Source: a virus. Taken from it: a DNA stretch of 64,000 bases. Both the position numbers and the translations under genes were made by a program. The first letter of the stretch is position 1, and each line of letters starts with the position of its first letter. The stretch lies in the IMG/VR virus record IMGVR_UViG_3300031825_000007, positions 1,060 through 65,059 of that record, one strand, 5' to 3'. The notes under the pieces were generated by a model. It saw only the letters and a program-made list of their open reading frames with translations. It searched no databases and was not told where the DNA came from. Of the stretch, positions 63,645 to 64,000 are shown in pieces.

Positions 63645-64000
63645 CCGAGCACAGCCAACCGATTGCATGGGTGCATGAGGAAGACCCATCGCGTGCAATC
63701 TCCGCATTGCAGAAGACCGGCATGCTGCGAGGTGGTGGTGCCGGCGCTTCGTCGGTCCGCCCTTACTCAATCGCTGCATTTGGGCATGCCGCCCCGCAAT
63801 CGGGTGCCAAGGTGCTCACGGAGGAAGAAATCCACACCTTGGCGCTGCGCGCAGCAAACGCTGCTGCCACCGCAGGCGGCGATAGGCTCGATGCCGCCCT
63901 TATAGCCATCCGCACCCTCCTGGCTATAGAGCAGCCCATCGCAGCATCGGCGCGACTCAATCCGGCGCTAGTGGCTGATGACCAGCTCCTTGTCATCGCA
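63641..64000 (+). CDS. Modular hypothetical protein, truncated by the window edge
   Basis: Hand translation MTEHSQPIAWVHEED...AAPQSGAKVLTEEEI...IRTLLAIEQP; open to base 64000. Confidence 0.65.
   Translation, partial: MTEHSQPIAWVHEEDPSRAISALQKTGMLRGGGAGASSVRPYSIAAFGHAAPQSGAKVLTEEEIHTLALRAANAAATAGGDRLDAALIAIRTLLAIEQPIAASARLNPALVADDQLLVIA

Larger units (their letters stand above)
1..64000. mobile_element. Temperate myophage/prophage with P1-like virion genes and lambdoid control, replication and recombination modules; both ends outside the window
   Basis: Continuous phage gene content; no host housekeeping genes seen. Confidence 0.93.

Noticed and set aside
1-64000. CRISPR array, tRNA/rRNA genes, reverse transcriptase (DGR or retron), integrase, parAB, DarB, IS elements
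   Set aside because: No repeat-spacer pattern, tRNA T-loop signature or corresponding protein motifs found by eye; some may lie outside the window.

Overview
The whole window is one GC-rich temperate phage genome, probably a prophage of a Burkholderiales-type host (host not determinable from sequence), cut at both ends. Minus strand 1-35 kb is a P1-like contractile-tail virion module: baseplate, SLT tape measure, portal, hdf/darA-like anti-restriction operon, spike, hub, tube, lysis cassette, sheath, capsid, protease and PacB/PacA-like terminase. Minus strand 35-43.4 kb is a lambdoid early-right arm: nucleases, DnaC-like loader, O-like initiator, two orphan DNA methyltransferases around a PAPS-reductase-family gene, cII and cro. 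cI and accessory genes lie at 43.4-45.7 kb. Plus strand 45.7-64 kb is an early-left arm: ERF, YqaJ, KTSC, DUF550, DUF4406, RdgC-FtsKgamma, a Mom-like GNAT and many small ORFs. Main signals not explained by gene calls: (1) seven copies of a non-canonical late promoter, GGAAAAH-N28-TANNNT, with invariant spacing, three apparently leaderless; (2) a bidirectional GAAACCWTG array inside terS that looks like a pac site; (3) recurrent [L/F/M]D-[S/A/D] motifs at domain borders of head proteins, suggesting an Asp-specific maturation code that also tags polyvalent cargo (InPase-DarA, LPD1 peptidase, PBECR RNase); (4) early-arm proteins built from variable cores joined by repeated DNA linkers, next to an ERF/YqaJ recombination pair. 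All family names come from motif recognition, not database searches. No integrase, partition genes, tail fibres, tRNA or CRISPR array were seen in the window.
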